Shown: in pieces, positions 12,201-25,500 of the stretch
Layout: every line of letters begins with the position of its first letter
Position numbering within the stretch: position 1 is the stretch's first letter
Origin: Stegostoma tigrinum
Lineage: Eukaryota
Length of the DNA stretch: 64,000 nucleotides
Direction: 5' to 3'
Assembly (NCBI RefSeq): GCF_030684315.1
Contig: NC_081386.1
Coordinates: 32,221,020-32,285,019 of the forward strand
The notes under the pieces: model-generated
Seen by the model: the letters and a program-made list of their open reading frames with translations, nothing else
What the model was told of the DNA's origin: nothing
Databases searched by the model: none
Position numbers and translations under genes: made by a program

Positions 12201-14699
12201 CCTCCTTCCCCCCCCCCCCCCCAGCTCTGTTCAGGGCGTCAGCAGACCATGAGCCCTCTTTGTAGCAGGAGCCAAAATCCAACAACAAACAAACAAAAAA
12301 AAACCAGCAGCATCTGCAGACCGATGAAAACTACACAGGTAGGAATGCCTTCACATCGCCCTGAGTGGGATGGAACAAAAAATTAACAATTATTAGCCTG
12401 TTAAAAAGGTAGGTCTTAGTCAGTTACAGCTAATCCCTATTCAGCAGAGTCCAGCTACTTTCAATTGGCCAGACATCTGTCTTTAACACTTCTGTGTGGT
12501 GTATCAGAAACTTGAAACCTTTGTTTACATCTTAAAAACTGTCAGGCTGCATTTTGTTTATCCAGAAACAGAAGGACAGCGGTCTCTCTCTCTTCCCCAC
12601 CAACAAACCCCCCCACCCCACCACAACTCTTCCCTTCTTTTTATTGTGGAAAAGGGTATTCTACTCAACAGGTTAAAAATCAAAAAAAGGAACCTCATAA
12701 ATGATGTGATTGCAAGCATATGTACACAAGATGAAAAAAAATCAAATAAAAAAATGAGAAGAATGATACCTTGCCAGGCAGAATGAGTCTGCAGCACAGA
12801 TGCAAATACTATTTCAGAGTCATCAAATTCTGCAGCATCTGTTCAAGCCAGCCTTGCTTCATTATCACTTGAAAATTTCAAAGTTGAGATTGATAGATTT
12901 TTGTTAGACATGGGTCTCGTACACAGTTGTTTCGAGCTGGGCAAATGTTTCTGATCAGTCGGCTACGAAGCAGTTGAATTGCCTGGTCCCTTTGCCACAG
13001 GACCCATGTGCTTGTTTGATTCGAGCACTGCCCCACCACCTACAAACACCATAACTAGACAGTGGTGAACCGCAGGATTTTGTCAGCTCAACCCAACTCG
13101 CAGAGTAAGCGCAGGCTCCAAAAACACATCTAAAAACTGTCAGTTGCCTAAGTCTATTCATCTGCGACAGAACAAGAAGTCCCAATTAGCAGAGTGCAGA
13201 TGTTACTAAGCCAGACACCCCTCAATACTGTTCAGAGAGGCCTCAGTGACACAGACACAGGCACACACCTCTCAGAACGACGAATGGGTAATTTCAGTCC
13301 AGAATAATTCTCAATCCATCTTTCCTGTTACCACGGTGACATGAGAACCAGTCCCAGAGATCATTATGTAAATTGCGCCATTCTTTGACCACAGTCTGTG
13401 AAACCACACAATGTGCACCAACACAGGTCATTCAATTGAGTTCAAGTTGCCAATCGGAGCCATTTCGCAAATTAAGTGTGTGGATAAAGAGAGGGGCAGC
13501 CGCAGGCTAACAGACAGGAAACCAGGCTCCCAAACTCCAGCTTTCTCTCCTGTTCGCTGCGCTCTTCAACACATTTCCCCCCCCCCCCCCAACCTCCCAA
13601 ACCAATTGCTTCAGTTTCTCAGTTAACCCCATATATCTCAATTCACAAAGTTTAGATTCAGAGCAGAATTACAAAAGTGGCAAAGCAAAATTTAAAATCA
13701 GGACAGCAATGTTCTCAGCACTCTATCTGCATTTATATAGCGTCTCCAAAGTATCCTATGTGCAGTGATTGTAAGGAGGTCAGCCAGCTGGACATCAGAA
13801 CACCAGTGGCCTGACTGGGACTGTTAATCTGGTGCAGTTGGGAAGACCTGGTTGACAGATAAAAAGAGGGAACAGAGACGCTGGCACTCACAGCTGACTT
13901 TGAAGACGGATATAACTAAAGGTCTGTCAGTGATTAAACAAGGAGGTGACTTGATGAAAGGGTACGGGCCTCTATGGAGTTAGTTCACTCAACTGCATCC
14001 CAGAGGGTCATCCTACGTGTTGTTCAGCCTCCCAGCTTCAATCAATGACACAGCAGTGAGGCGGCCAGAGGGAGGGGTGCAGTTGGATTTAGACCAGGAT
14101 CAGACTTTGCGATCACAATGAACAAAGTCTGTCTGCACCATCCTCAGAAGACAGACCTAAACAACCCTCCCCCGGGACAAGCTCCCTCAGTAACAGGCAG
14201 TGCATGGTCAGTAACACCACTGAGAAATGGACTCCGAGGCAGTAAGGTCCACAGATGCTGGAAGCCAGCAGGTAAGTCAATGTTTTAGGCTGAAGTCCAG
14301 ACAAAGGGTTTTGACCTGAAACATTGACTTCCCTGCTGCTCGGATGTTGTCTGACCTGCTGGGCTTTTCCAGCCTCACACCTATAGACCAAGGAGGAGTC
14401 AACTCCTTCAAGAGCAGAAAAATCCAACATCCCAACAAGAAACTTATTCCAGGCGACACAGTCATTGAATCAAAAAGCACAGGGCGCCTGTTGCCATTCG
14501 GCCTGCTAGATCTGTGCCAGCTCTTAGAAGCTGCAATCCAATTGTTTTCAGTCTCCAGGAAACATCTCCCTTCAGAAATAATCCATTCAATTTTCTTCAG
14601 AAAGTGACCATGGCCTCTACATCCACTAGTATAACTTGCTGTGTAAAAAGAAGTTTACTGTCACCTCTCGTTCTCTGGTCACCATTTCTTTCAGAAAAT

Positions 14700-14832
14700 T
14701 TCTGAAGAAGGGCCCAGACCCGAAACGTCAGCTTTCCTGCTCCTCTGATGCTGCTTGGCCTGCTGTGTTCATCCAGTTTCACACCTTGTTCTCTCAGATT
14801 CTCCAGCATCGGCAGTTCCTACTATAATCTGA
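14700..14832 (+). mobile_element. Solo Penelope terminal repeat
   Basis: ctgaagaagggcccagacccgaaacgtcagctttcctgctcctctgatgctgcttggcctgctgtgttcatccag..., of the same family as 37591-37685. Confidence 0.8.
14702..14729 (+). ncRNA. Minimal type I hammerhead ribozyme core (PLE-associated)
   Basis: CTGAAGA-A-GGG[CCCAGA]CCC-GAAA-CG-TC. Confidence 0.65.
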
Positions 14833-15934
14833 GAAACGGGAATATTCTTCTCCCCCCCCCCCCAAGTCGAGGGCACAAAGTGATCTGTTTCTCTCCTCAC
14901 GAATGTTTTCAGGCCAGCTAAATACTCCCAGCATTTTGGTGTTTTTCTTTCGGGTTCCACGCATCAGGAAATTCATGCTTTTGTTTTAAGATCCTTGTGG
15001 CTACCTTTCACCCCACATTTTCCCTTCTGCTCTTGGTCATGGAGCTCATTTACATCTTGAGGACGTTTATTCACTACAGTGAAGCAGAAGGAAAGCCAGG
15101 GTGTGTAGAAAACGAGGTGGTCGCTAGAGTTGGAGAAAGAGGGAGGTCCAGGTTTAAAACAATCTTTCCTGAAGCTCGTTAACTAACATCACAAATCAGT
15201 TTACTCAGGATTTTTGTGGGGGCAATGGTGACCTCCCTACCTCAGAGCCAGTAGGTCCAGGTTCAAGACCCATCTGCTCCAGAGGTGGGTTAGAACGTCA
15301 CTGCACATGTCAATTAAAATAGACCTAGCCCATCCTACATTCGAGTTTGTAAGTTTATGTTGTGTGCAAACTGGCTGCTGTTTCTTACAAATGATGACTA
15401 ATAGAAGAAGCTCCATCAGTTGTGAACTTCTTTATGACTTAAGGTTGTGGAGGAATCTATAAAAATGCAAGTTCATTCTTTTCTTCCCTTTCCACATGCA
15501 AGCTGCAACTTGCTACTGCCTAGAAACACACTTGCTGTGAAGAAAAATAGGCTTCCAGCCTAACCAGTCCCCGAGCGTCTAGCAGTGAAAAGTCCTGCTA
15601 TCAAATGTGCAAACGCTGCAGTGTTTCACTAACATAGTCTTACCTTTATATTGCGCCAGAGGCTGTATCCCACAATACTCTCAGTAACAAAAACATGCAT
15701 GTATTATCCAAGACTGCAGTCTTTCAAAAGAAAGATTAAGCTTGAAATAAATTCACAAAATTGTTTTCAGCGTCCTACTAAGACAGTCCCAGTACATTAA
15801 AATTTCTCAGTGCTCCATTGAGCTGATACTGGGGGCTGGCAAAAAGCTTGAAGCAGTTACTTTTTCTGTGTTAAATCAGCTACAGTCTTAAATCTGGGTC
15901 TGACAAATTTCAGAATCAAAGTGCAAGAGTAGGA

Positions 15935-16045
15935 CCCTTGTGGCAGAGTGGTAGTGTCCCTATCTCTGAGCTAGGTGGTCAGGGTTCAAGCCTCATCTGC
16001 TCCAAAACACGTGCGATAAAATCTCTGGATAGGGTCGATTAGAAC
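15935..16045 (+). mobile_element. Short tRNA-derived SINE (other copies at ~15215-15325 +, ~33125-33200 -, ~58570-58680 -)
   Basis: gtggtagtgtccctatctctgagc...gggttcaag (B-box-like)...ctgctcc...gattaga recurs four times. Confidence 0.6.
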
Positions 16046-17239
16046 ATAATGCATTGAAAAATGTTGTGGGTGACAATGATGCTAATAGTTTGATGACCCA
16101 GTGGTCATTAAGCTGTCACAGTCACAAAACCCTCAAAAAGGTTGGTTGAGGAAACTTGGGGCACAAGTTGCCTCATGAGTTACCCCATTGTAACAACCTC
16201 CTTCAACTACATCGGAGTCACACACCATAGACACAGACCCTTCAGTCCAAAAAGTCCATGCAGATCAAAACGCAGGTCTAATACATTGATCCCAAGGCAA
16301 ATTAAAGGGACTGATGACAAATACAAGCCTTGACAGCAAAGCCACAATCAGAGAATGAAGTTCAGTAACCTGCAACATTGTCTGGCATCATCTGACATTT
16401 CATGATAAGTGACTGGGACAAGCTCTTGGTAATAAAGCAGGCCAGACAGGAATATGTGAGGACAAGTTGTTGAAGCCAAAAAAAAACCTATCTTTTGCTA
16501 CAAATATCCTTCTTCAAATTTCAGTTGAAACAACAGGGTCATGGTAAACATTGCCCACCCTCTCTCTCCCCTCAGCACCTCCCATTGACATGGACTGTAA
16601 CAACTCACAGACAAATACAGATCCATAGAAGTCCTCCAGTGCCTGGCAAGTGGATATTTTCTACAAAAATAATGTAGACTCGAGAAGGGAACAACACAAA
16701 GCACGGATAGCAACCATTCCATGAGAGGACAATGTTCCTATCAGGAACAGGAATCCTGGAAGATTTGCTCAAAAGGAATGGAAGGTGATCCCTGTTTGAG
16801 GGGGATCAGCACGGACAGATCCCAGGAATCTCAGATTTGTAGATCACAAGTATGCCATCTTTTAACTGTGGCCCTGTATGTTCTGATACACAGATTAGTA
16901 AAACAAGCTCTTTTGTTCCTTTCAAAAAGGAAAATGTACCATGAACAGGGCACACTGTTGTTCAGATAGTCAGCCCCAGTAGAAGAAAAGCTGTCAAACT
17001 GCACAAAGACAGATATCCAAATTCCCACTCCCCTTTCTGATGAAATAGTGCTTCATAACAATAACTGCCTGGCTCTAACTGATGGATAAAGGCTTAGTTA
17101 GTTCACACAATGCACCAAGTAAGGAGAATGGGACAGTGTTCAGGTTCCCAAGCTGTCACCTGGGGAGGGTCACTGAAATCAGTACTGGGGCAATCCCCAC
17201 CCCGATTAGGATAAAGGGGCTCAATGCATGGTCACTACA

Positions 17240-17665
17240 TTAACCAATAAGAGAGAGGTGGGGGAAAGAAAAAGGTGTCAAGGAGCCTTAAGAGGCTAAG
17301 TATATGGGCAAAAAGTTGACGGATGGCGTATAATGGGGGGGGGGGGGGGGGGGGGGGGAGAATGTGGAAAAACATGAATTTACCCACTTTGTATACTGTT
17401 TTTCTATTCTTCCTGCCAATTAGACAGCGCGCAAAAGACAGACAGAGAGACCGAGAGAGAGAGAGGAGAATTCCAACGTGCAGGAGGATGAGCGTCATGG
17501 TACATGAAACACAAATAGACGTCAATACAGCGTGCAACCGGGAAGACAGGTGGAACTTTGCTGTTTATTGCCAAGGGAGTGAAACACAAGCACAGTGAAG
17601 GTTGCACCGTGGTACAGAGTCTTGGTAACACCACATTTGGAGCACTGTGTATAGATTTAGCCTCC
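17240..17665 (+). mobile_element. Highly decayed CR1 RT fragment
   Basis: tgggcaaaaagttgacggatggcgtataatg (WAxxWQMEYN-like) and a later ccacatttggagcactgtgta (PHLEYCV-like) segment. Confidence 0.5.
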
Positions 17666-19679
17666 TTTTGCAATTGTAAGTTTTCCTGCCTTGTCCTGGA
17701 CCCCCAAGAGGAAATAATTCCAGTGACAGCATCACAATCAAAATTCAAATTGGTTCCAGATCAGGTTAGTGAGGGAAAGGGCAGCAATTGGTAGCAGATT
17801 TTGCAATGCAGGCAAAAAGTGTACAAGCTTCCCAGATTGAACTTCCACTGTTGGATGTGACAAACTGCCCCTGGGGGGTGCACATCAATCCTCCCTACTG
17901 ATCAAATCTTTGCCCAGATGATGATTGGAACAGGAAGGAAGCAGAACTGGAACAGGGAACAACTTTAAACAACATTCCACCCAAACTGCAAGGCCAATGA
18001 CAGTGGCTTCAAAAATGGGCTGATTTTCTTGCCCAGGGTGGTGGATATTTCCAGCAGATGGTCAAAAGGAGGGGGCTGGGGGGATAAAACCCCAACAGTT
18101 TCCAAGTAAATGCCAGCAACAGGTGAGAGATAAGGTTGGGAACTGTTACATTTTTCTCTAAAATGTTGCGGTGACTGTTGTCAAAACATCAAGGAAACAG
18201 GAGGAGTGAAAAGGCTGATACACCAGTGATGCCAGAAATGCCGTGTATGCAACAAAAAAGGGTCAGGGCCAGGGGGAGGAAATAAAGGATGAGAATCTGC
18301 TCCAGCAAACACTTAACCCTTTCGAGCTAATATACAGAAGAGTGCTGGAGATCCAAGTGGGTCAGACAGCATCATTGGAAAAAAAAAGAGGAAGCTAACG
18401 TTGAGTCTGGTGGACTCAACATCAGCTCTGAAGAGTCAGCAAACTAACATTTTGAGTCTAGATTCCCCTCCATGGATAATGTCTGACCCACTTTGATCCG
18501 CAGCATTTTGTTTTCGCTCTGGATTCCGGCCTCTGCAATAATTTGTTCCTAGCTAGCTCTTTCACGGTGCTCTGTAAAGCAGCATCAGCTCCACAGGCTG
18601 TGAAAAAATATTCAAGTGAAGGATAAACGACAGCAAAAGGTGCTGCTAGAATCCAGAACCGCACCCCCAACACCTGCCAACTAAAAACTGAAGGTGCAGC
18701 AGAGGAAAGTCAGTAAGCACTCCAAAAGGTAGGTTGCTAAAACACCAGTTTTACCCTGTAGTCTCTTGGTCTTTATTAATCTCCGGCTGTGAGAGCAACA
18801 AACAGAAACAGAAGCATTGGAGTCGGGTATCTTACCCCCCCCCCCCCCCCCCCTTTAAAATGCTCTTCAAGGACTTCTGTCTTTATTGGGATGGGGTAAA
18901 AAGAGACAGACTTGCCAGATGGAGGAGGTCGTCATTTGACAGGATCACTAGGAAGATATCCAGATTAAAATACAACCCAGTTCCTGCGGGTTTGGGAGCA
19001 TCCCTGGATCACCACACTACTTTGCATTTCACTAGAAACTAGAGTCGCAGACATGCAAATACACGTGCAGTGAAAGACACATCAGTCTGAGTGAGAAGAT
19101 GAACGAGGAGAATGACACGGCTTAAAAATAAAGTTGGATAAACACCCTGTGAGCTGGCAAGGCCCATTACACTACACCCTCCATTAAGTGAATAAAAACA
19201 AGCCCCAGAGCGCTGGTGGTCACACTCCTGCTCCACAATTATCAGCACTTTCCACTGTCTAGCACCATTTCAAGTGCTCACTTCAGTGCTCCCGTCAAAA
19301 AGCACACTGAAACCTATCTGCCCTTACACTCATTAAGAACAGCGAAGTGAACCAGAGTATATGTAGGTGTGGGGGAGGGATAGGAAAAGTGGAGAAAAAT
19401 GAGATGAGCCCAGCCTCCAACTCCCGCTCCCCCCCAACCCAAGCGAACATATACACTGGAATAATTCTTGCAGACATGTCATTTATGTCGTTGGCGTTTA
19501 TGATGCCACTAGGGAGAAGAATCAAAGCAGCGAGCGGTCTGTTTGTTAAAGCTAAGGAGACTCCAACAGCCAATTCAATTAATAGCCATAAATCGCATCT
19601 ATAAACGATATCCTTTCATGCCGAAAAAATGTCAAAGTACTTTGTGCAATGATCTACTTTGTGTACACAAGTCACGGGA

Positions 19680-19963
19680 GATCATTATGGTTCAGTGGTT
19701 AGCACTGCTACCTCTCTTGCCAGAGACCCACCCTCGGGCGACTGTCTGTGTGGAGTTTGCACATTCTCCCCACGGTCTGAATAGGTTTCCCTCCAGGTGC
19801 TCCAGTTTCCTCCTGCAGTCCAAAGATGTGTAGGTTAGGTGGATCGGCTGTGGGAATTGTAAGGTTACAGGGATAGGGTGGGGCCTGGCTGGAATGTTCT
19901 TTGAAGGGTCAGTGTGGACTCAATGGGCCGAACGGCCTGCTTCCACACCGCAGGGATTCCATT
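19680..19963 (+). mobile_element. HE1-type V-SINE
   Basis: ggttcagtggttagcactgct...gtgtggagtttgcacattctcccc...tccaaagatgtgtaggttagg. Confidence 0.8.
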
Positions 19964-21169
19964 CTTCACGGAGTAATTTTCCTTCAGAGGCCAGGCCAAA
20001 GTCAGGCTCTGTCTCCATCAAATCCCACCAGATCTCAGCAGACACACTGCTCCTGGATTCCCATTAATAACTGCGTCACCGAAACACACCATCCGGACAA
20101 GTTGCTGTTTGTGGAAGCTTGCTGTGCACAGACTACTTACTGATTTTCCATCTCACAGCAGTGACTAGAAATCAATTCAAAAACTAATTAATTTGTGAGA
20201 AATCCTTTAATAATATTGATCAATTTTCATCAGGAGGGTCAGAATATTTTTTAGGAAAGGAATCACTTTGGAGACCAAGAGCCACACAATGTGTGATCAA
20301 TAATAAACAGCACCACCCACCAAACACACACAGAACTGTGACTCTTTCCATCTTAGAAAGAAAGGGAGGGTGAGAGGATGGCAATGGTGTCTCGGTAACA
20401 TCAATGGACCAGGAATCCAGAGATCCAGGTTAACGTATGAGGACAGGGGTTTAAATCCCACCAGAGCAGAGGGTGAAACGTGGACTCAGTAAGAATCGGG
20501 AAGACAGAACTGTTTTAATGCTGGCCACATCACCACTGTCAACTATGGTTCACACTCTGTCTGGTTCACTAAATATCCGTGAGAGAAAGGCATCTGCCAT
20601 CCTTACCCAGTCTGGCCTACAGGTGACTCCAGACCCACAGCAATGTGGTTGACTCTGGGCAATAAACCCTGAGTCAGCCAGAGATGCCCCAATTCCATGA
20701 ATTATTTTTATCTGTAAAAGGCCACAGGCACAAAACCCAAGAGATTGTCACTCACCCACTGGACAGAACGGAAATCACCGAGATAGGCAAGTTATCACAT
20801 TTCTGCAGCATATAAATCGTCCTACTCATTGAGGCCATTTTCTGTTAAAGATATCCAGATTTGGAGCCCCAGTCTGCCCCTTCAGATCACTGTTCAATTT
20901 TATACCCCATACCAAATCAAATATTTATCAAATTTCTTCTTCAAAATGGTGCCATTTAAGTATGTCACTGCCCTCTCTGGGAGCACATGAACTTTTAGGT
21001 TCTAAACAAAACATACACAGTCAGATGAGAACAGTCAAAAAAAAAATCCTACTGTGTGAGCCAAATCTACAGAATAGACATTGGAACAATGCCATCCCAT
21101 TCCCACCACATTTGATGGACTGGACAGCTCAGATTGAAGCCTACTCTCACTTACATAGCCAGAAATTTT

Positions 21170-21720
21170 CCTCATCAGAGATGTACAGCACGGAAACAGA
21201 ATCTTCCATCCAACTCGTCCCTGCTGACCAGGTATCCTAAATTAATCTAGTCCCATTTGCCAGAATTTGGCCCATATCCCTCTAAACCCTTCCTATTCAT
21301 GTACCCATCCAGATGCCTTTTAAATATTGTAATTGCACCAGCCTCCACCACTTCCTCTGGCAGCTCATTCCATATGAACACCACCCTCTGCATGAAAAGT
21401 TGCCAGTCAGGCCTTTAAAATCTTTCCCCTCTCACCTTAAACCCAAGCCCTCTAGTTTTGGACTCTTCAACTCCAGGGAAAAGACCTTGTCTGTTCACCC
21501 TATCCATGCCCCTCATGGTTTTATAAATCTCTATAAAGGTCACCCCTCAGCCTCTGACACTCCAGGGAAAATAGCCCCAGCCTATGCAGCCTCTCTCTAT
21601 GGCTCAAACCCTTCAATTCTGGCAACATCCTGGTGAGTCTTTCCTGAAAACTTTAAGTTTCACGACATTCTTCCTATAGGAGGGAGGCCGGAATTGCACA
21701 CAATTAGCCAAAAGTGGCCT
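21170..21720 (-). mobile_element. HER1-like CR1 LINE 3' fragment
   Basis: Matches 60965-61528 and 43530-43830 (gcccatatccctctaaacccttcctattcat...). Confidence 0.85.
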
Positions 21721-21989
21721 GTGTAGCCAGAAAATGGCCTCTTGAAAATATACAAGTGTAACGTCAACTTCAGCCCTGAGATCTCTCGACACATCCAGCC
21801 CTATGACCCTCAATTTTCAGTGCCCCTCCACTGGTGGCCATGCATTCAGCTGCCTGGGGACAAAAATCTGGAATCCACTCACGCATCACCTCAAACCAAA
21901 AACAACTTTTTTTTGGAAGCTCCATCACTTGGATGAGTTTTATGGGCTGTTTGTGCCCACATCTTGGCATCAATGTCACGGTTTGTTTG

Positions 21990-22555
21990 ATGGCCTGCTC
22001 TGGAGTACTGTGTCCAGTTCTGATCACCCTGCTATATTAAACTGGAGAGGTTTCAGAAAAACCAGGATGTTGCAGGGAATGGAGGGTTGGAGCTATAAGG
22101 AGGAGAGGCTGGATATGCCGAGACTCTCTCTCCCCTAACCCCATGAGGGTGCAGGTTGAAGGGTGACCTTATACAAGCTTATAAAATCATGCAGTGTATA
22201 AATAAGGCAAATGGCAAAAGATTTTTTCTCTGGGGTGGGGGGGACTTCAAAACTATGCCCCTAGTTTTAAGGTGAGAGAGGAGAAAGATTTAAAAATAAA
22301 AAAGCACAGGAGGGACAACTTTAATTTTCCAAAAAACACAGACAGCAGTTAGTGTGTGGAAGGAACTGCTGAAGAAAGTAGTGGATAGGAGGTACAGTTG
22401 TAACATTTAAAAGACATTTGGATAAGTACGTGAATAGGAAAAGGTTTGAGGGATATGGGCCAAATGCAGGCAAATGGGACTAGTTTAGTTTGGGAACATG
22501 GTTGCATGAACTAGATGGACCAAAGGGTCTGTTTCCGTGCTGTATGACTCTACTA
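21990..22555 (+). mobile_element. HER1-like CR1 LINE 3' fragment
   Basis: Runs from LEYCVQF-encoding DNA to the tail ggaccaaagggtctgtttccgtgctgtatgactct. Confidence 0.85.
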
Positions 22556-25500
22556 TATTCAAAAAAGGTGAATTAAAAGGCAAGTATTGTGCTAAAAACT
22601 GTTTTATAGGGACGGGATTGGAATTGAAAAATGGGAACAAGATATTACTATTTAAAGCATTGCAGGATGCCTTTAAGAGTTAGTAACTTTGCCAGCAGTT
22701 TTATCTTACAACATCCACATGTAATGTGAGAAATGCAAAGAATCTCAATTGCTGCTTAAACACAGGAGAACCAAAAGGTTGGAAAAAGACAGAGAACAAA
22801 CTGACAGAGGTCTGGCGTTGAATGAGGGACACCAAGTCTTTCATTGACTATTCCTGGCCACTTCCAAGGCGGCCACCAGCCGATTGGGCACAACCTCACT
22901 TGAAAGTCTCAAGTTTCACTCACACTTGCTGTTCTTGTTACCAGCTCATGTTCTCTCCCATAGCCATTAACACAAACCAACATGCACCCCCTGTCGACCC
23001 TGGATCTCAAATCCCACCTGAAGCTCAGACTGAAACAATCCCACAAGACAGAAAAGAGCAGACAGGCAGTATTGCACATCCCTGGCAGAGCCAGGGTTGA
23101 GCACAGACAGACAGCTCTGAGGAAGGGTGACTTGCCCTGAAACATTAAACTCGGATTTCTCTCCACAGATACTGCCAGGCTTGCTCAGCTTTTCCAACAA
23201 TGTTTGGCTCAAATTCAGACAGACAGGTTTGGAAGATAACACACCATTTGAAATATTCACCACCCCCAGCCCGCACACTCCCCATGACACGGAGCTCCTT
23301 CGATTCTGGGACTGACTGCAAACCTCATCCCAGAGCGTCACCCCCACCCTCAAACTCTCTCTGTCTCTTAAATCTCTGTGCTGTTCCAATCCTAACCTCT
23401 TTCACACCTCCAGTTTTCACCATTCAATCATTAGGCTCTGATTTCAGCCATCCAAGCTCCTAGGATTACCTCCTGCACCCTTAAATCCACCAAACCTTTG
23501 GCCAGGCACGCTAGTGCCTCATGTGGTTCAACTTCTGGTGAAGTGCTTTGGGATTTGTTACTACTTTTAAAAAAAAAGGTGCTACTGAAATGCAAGTTGC
23601 TGATGTTTACGAGGATAAGCCATTTTTATCCCATGATAACGGTGGAGAAATCCTGCTGGATTCACAAATTCAGGCCTCTGGGAGGGACCAATTTAACAAG
23701 AACAACTGAAGAGTAACAGCACCCAAGGGGAGTTTAGGATTTTCTGCATCAACACCATCCCCCCACCACCCCCCACCCCCCGCCCCCCCACAAACAAACC
23801 CCGACGACACAAACCAGAGAGTAAACAGTAGCACACACCCAACCCCCGGGTCACCCTATGCAATAGCACTCAGCAATATAATTGCACTTTCATCTTCGCT
23901 CATCTGTTTGCCACACGTTAAGGCATAGGAATGAAACTTTCTTACCCAACACGAACATCACATCTAAAGACCGAGCCAGCCTTGCAGTACTGAAGGAATA
24001 CCGCATTGCTAGGGACACAGCTCCCGTGGAACATAAAACCAAGGCACTGGTAACTGTCGGTGGGTGAGATATTGGTTTGAACACTCGAGGTCATGGATTA
24101 ACAACAGATCAATTACCAGATTTAAATTGGTTTAATGCTCCTAGGTTAGAAGACAGGGACAGAGAGCGAAGGATTTTAACAAGTCCAGTGTTAATTTTCG
24201 CCTACACTCAATTTCATCCATTCCTCCCGGGGACAAAGTTGTTCCTGCCCCCCCAGAGTCAGTTCACAACTACTTGTGGGATCTTGCTGAGAGAGACACT
24301 GCAGCCCCCATTTTCCTAACAGCGACTGAATGTGTACAGAGGGAACTTCAAAACGTTGTTTGAGTGATTGGAAATGATATAAAACACTGAGCGCTCACTT
24401 GGGCACTCCAGGTGATCTCACAGCTCCCATGTTTTGGAACTCGGTCAGTCAGTCTAATGTCAATGATCAGTAAATGCTGGGAGACATAAGTGACACAATT
24501 CCTGCAATCCAGGGACTATATTTGAAACGTACATTATAAAATTGAAAACACAAGTTACTTTTTAAAAAATTCTCAAAAAGTGAGGCAATAAAGTTAATCG
24601 TTCCCACACATCACACAATTAGATTTGTCAAGTCTGACTCATTACAGTCCTGAAGCCTGGGCTTAGGTCAGCTTACATAAACTAAAAATTTCAAAATGCT
24701 CGAAACATTTTCAAAAAAAAAGAGAAAGGGACGTCTTCTTAGAATGAAAAAAAAATCAACCATTTTGGACCAAATGTGGAGAGTTGGAAATCTTTTGATT
24801 TCTGTTCCCCAGAGGGCTGTGGATACGGAGATATTTCAATACAGAGAACAATGGATCATTTTTGGAATCTGGGAGAGCTGAGGCAAGAAAAAAGTGAAAC
24901 ACAGACAGGCAGGCCTTCCACTTGTGAGAAAGCCTCTAACCAAGGAAGGCACAGATTAAGAAGGGGGATCTCTCACTGAAGCTGGAGAGGAGGCAAAACT
25001 ATGTTTCTCTCAGTGTTGTGACTGTGCAAGTCTCTTAGCCTCAGGCAGTAACAGAGCCAGAATCTTTAAACATTTTTAAGAAGGCCAAAGTAGCTGGATT
25101 CTTGACAAAGAAGTCAAAAAGTAACCCCAGACAGGAGTGAATGTGAAGTAGTGACTACAAACAGATTAGCCTTAATCTTACTGAATGGCAGAGCAAGCTT
25201 GAGGGATCAAATGGGCGTCTGCTCTTTTCTTACTACGATGGCTGGATGTCCTAAAGGCCAGGAAAAGGTGCTCCACAACTGCTAGTATTGTGGGGGAAAA
25301 CAGGAAGAGAAATATCAGTACAAACCCATCCTTTCTCCATATCAGCACATGGGCCAATGGACACAACAGTCAAGTACCCGAACCGGTGTACACCAGCTTT
25401 AGGCAAAGGAAGGGAATGGTTCCAGAGACACTGAACAATGGACCTTTCAACAACTGTCCACACAAGACCTCCTTTAACAAAGAATTCTTCACTTATGTAC

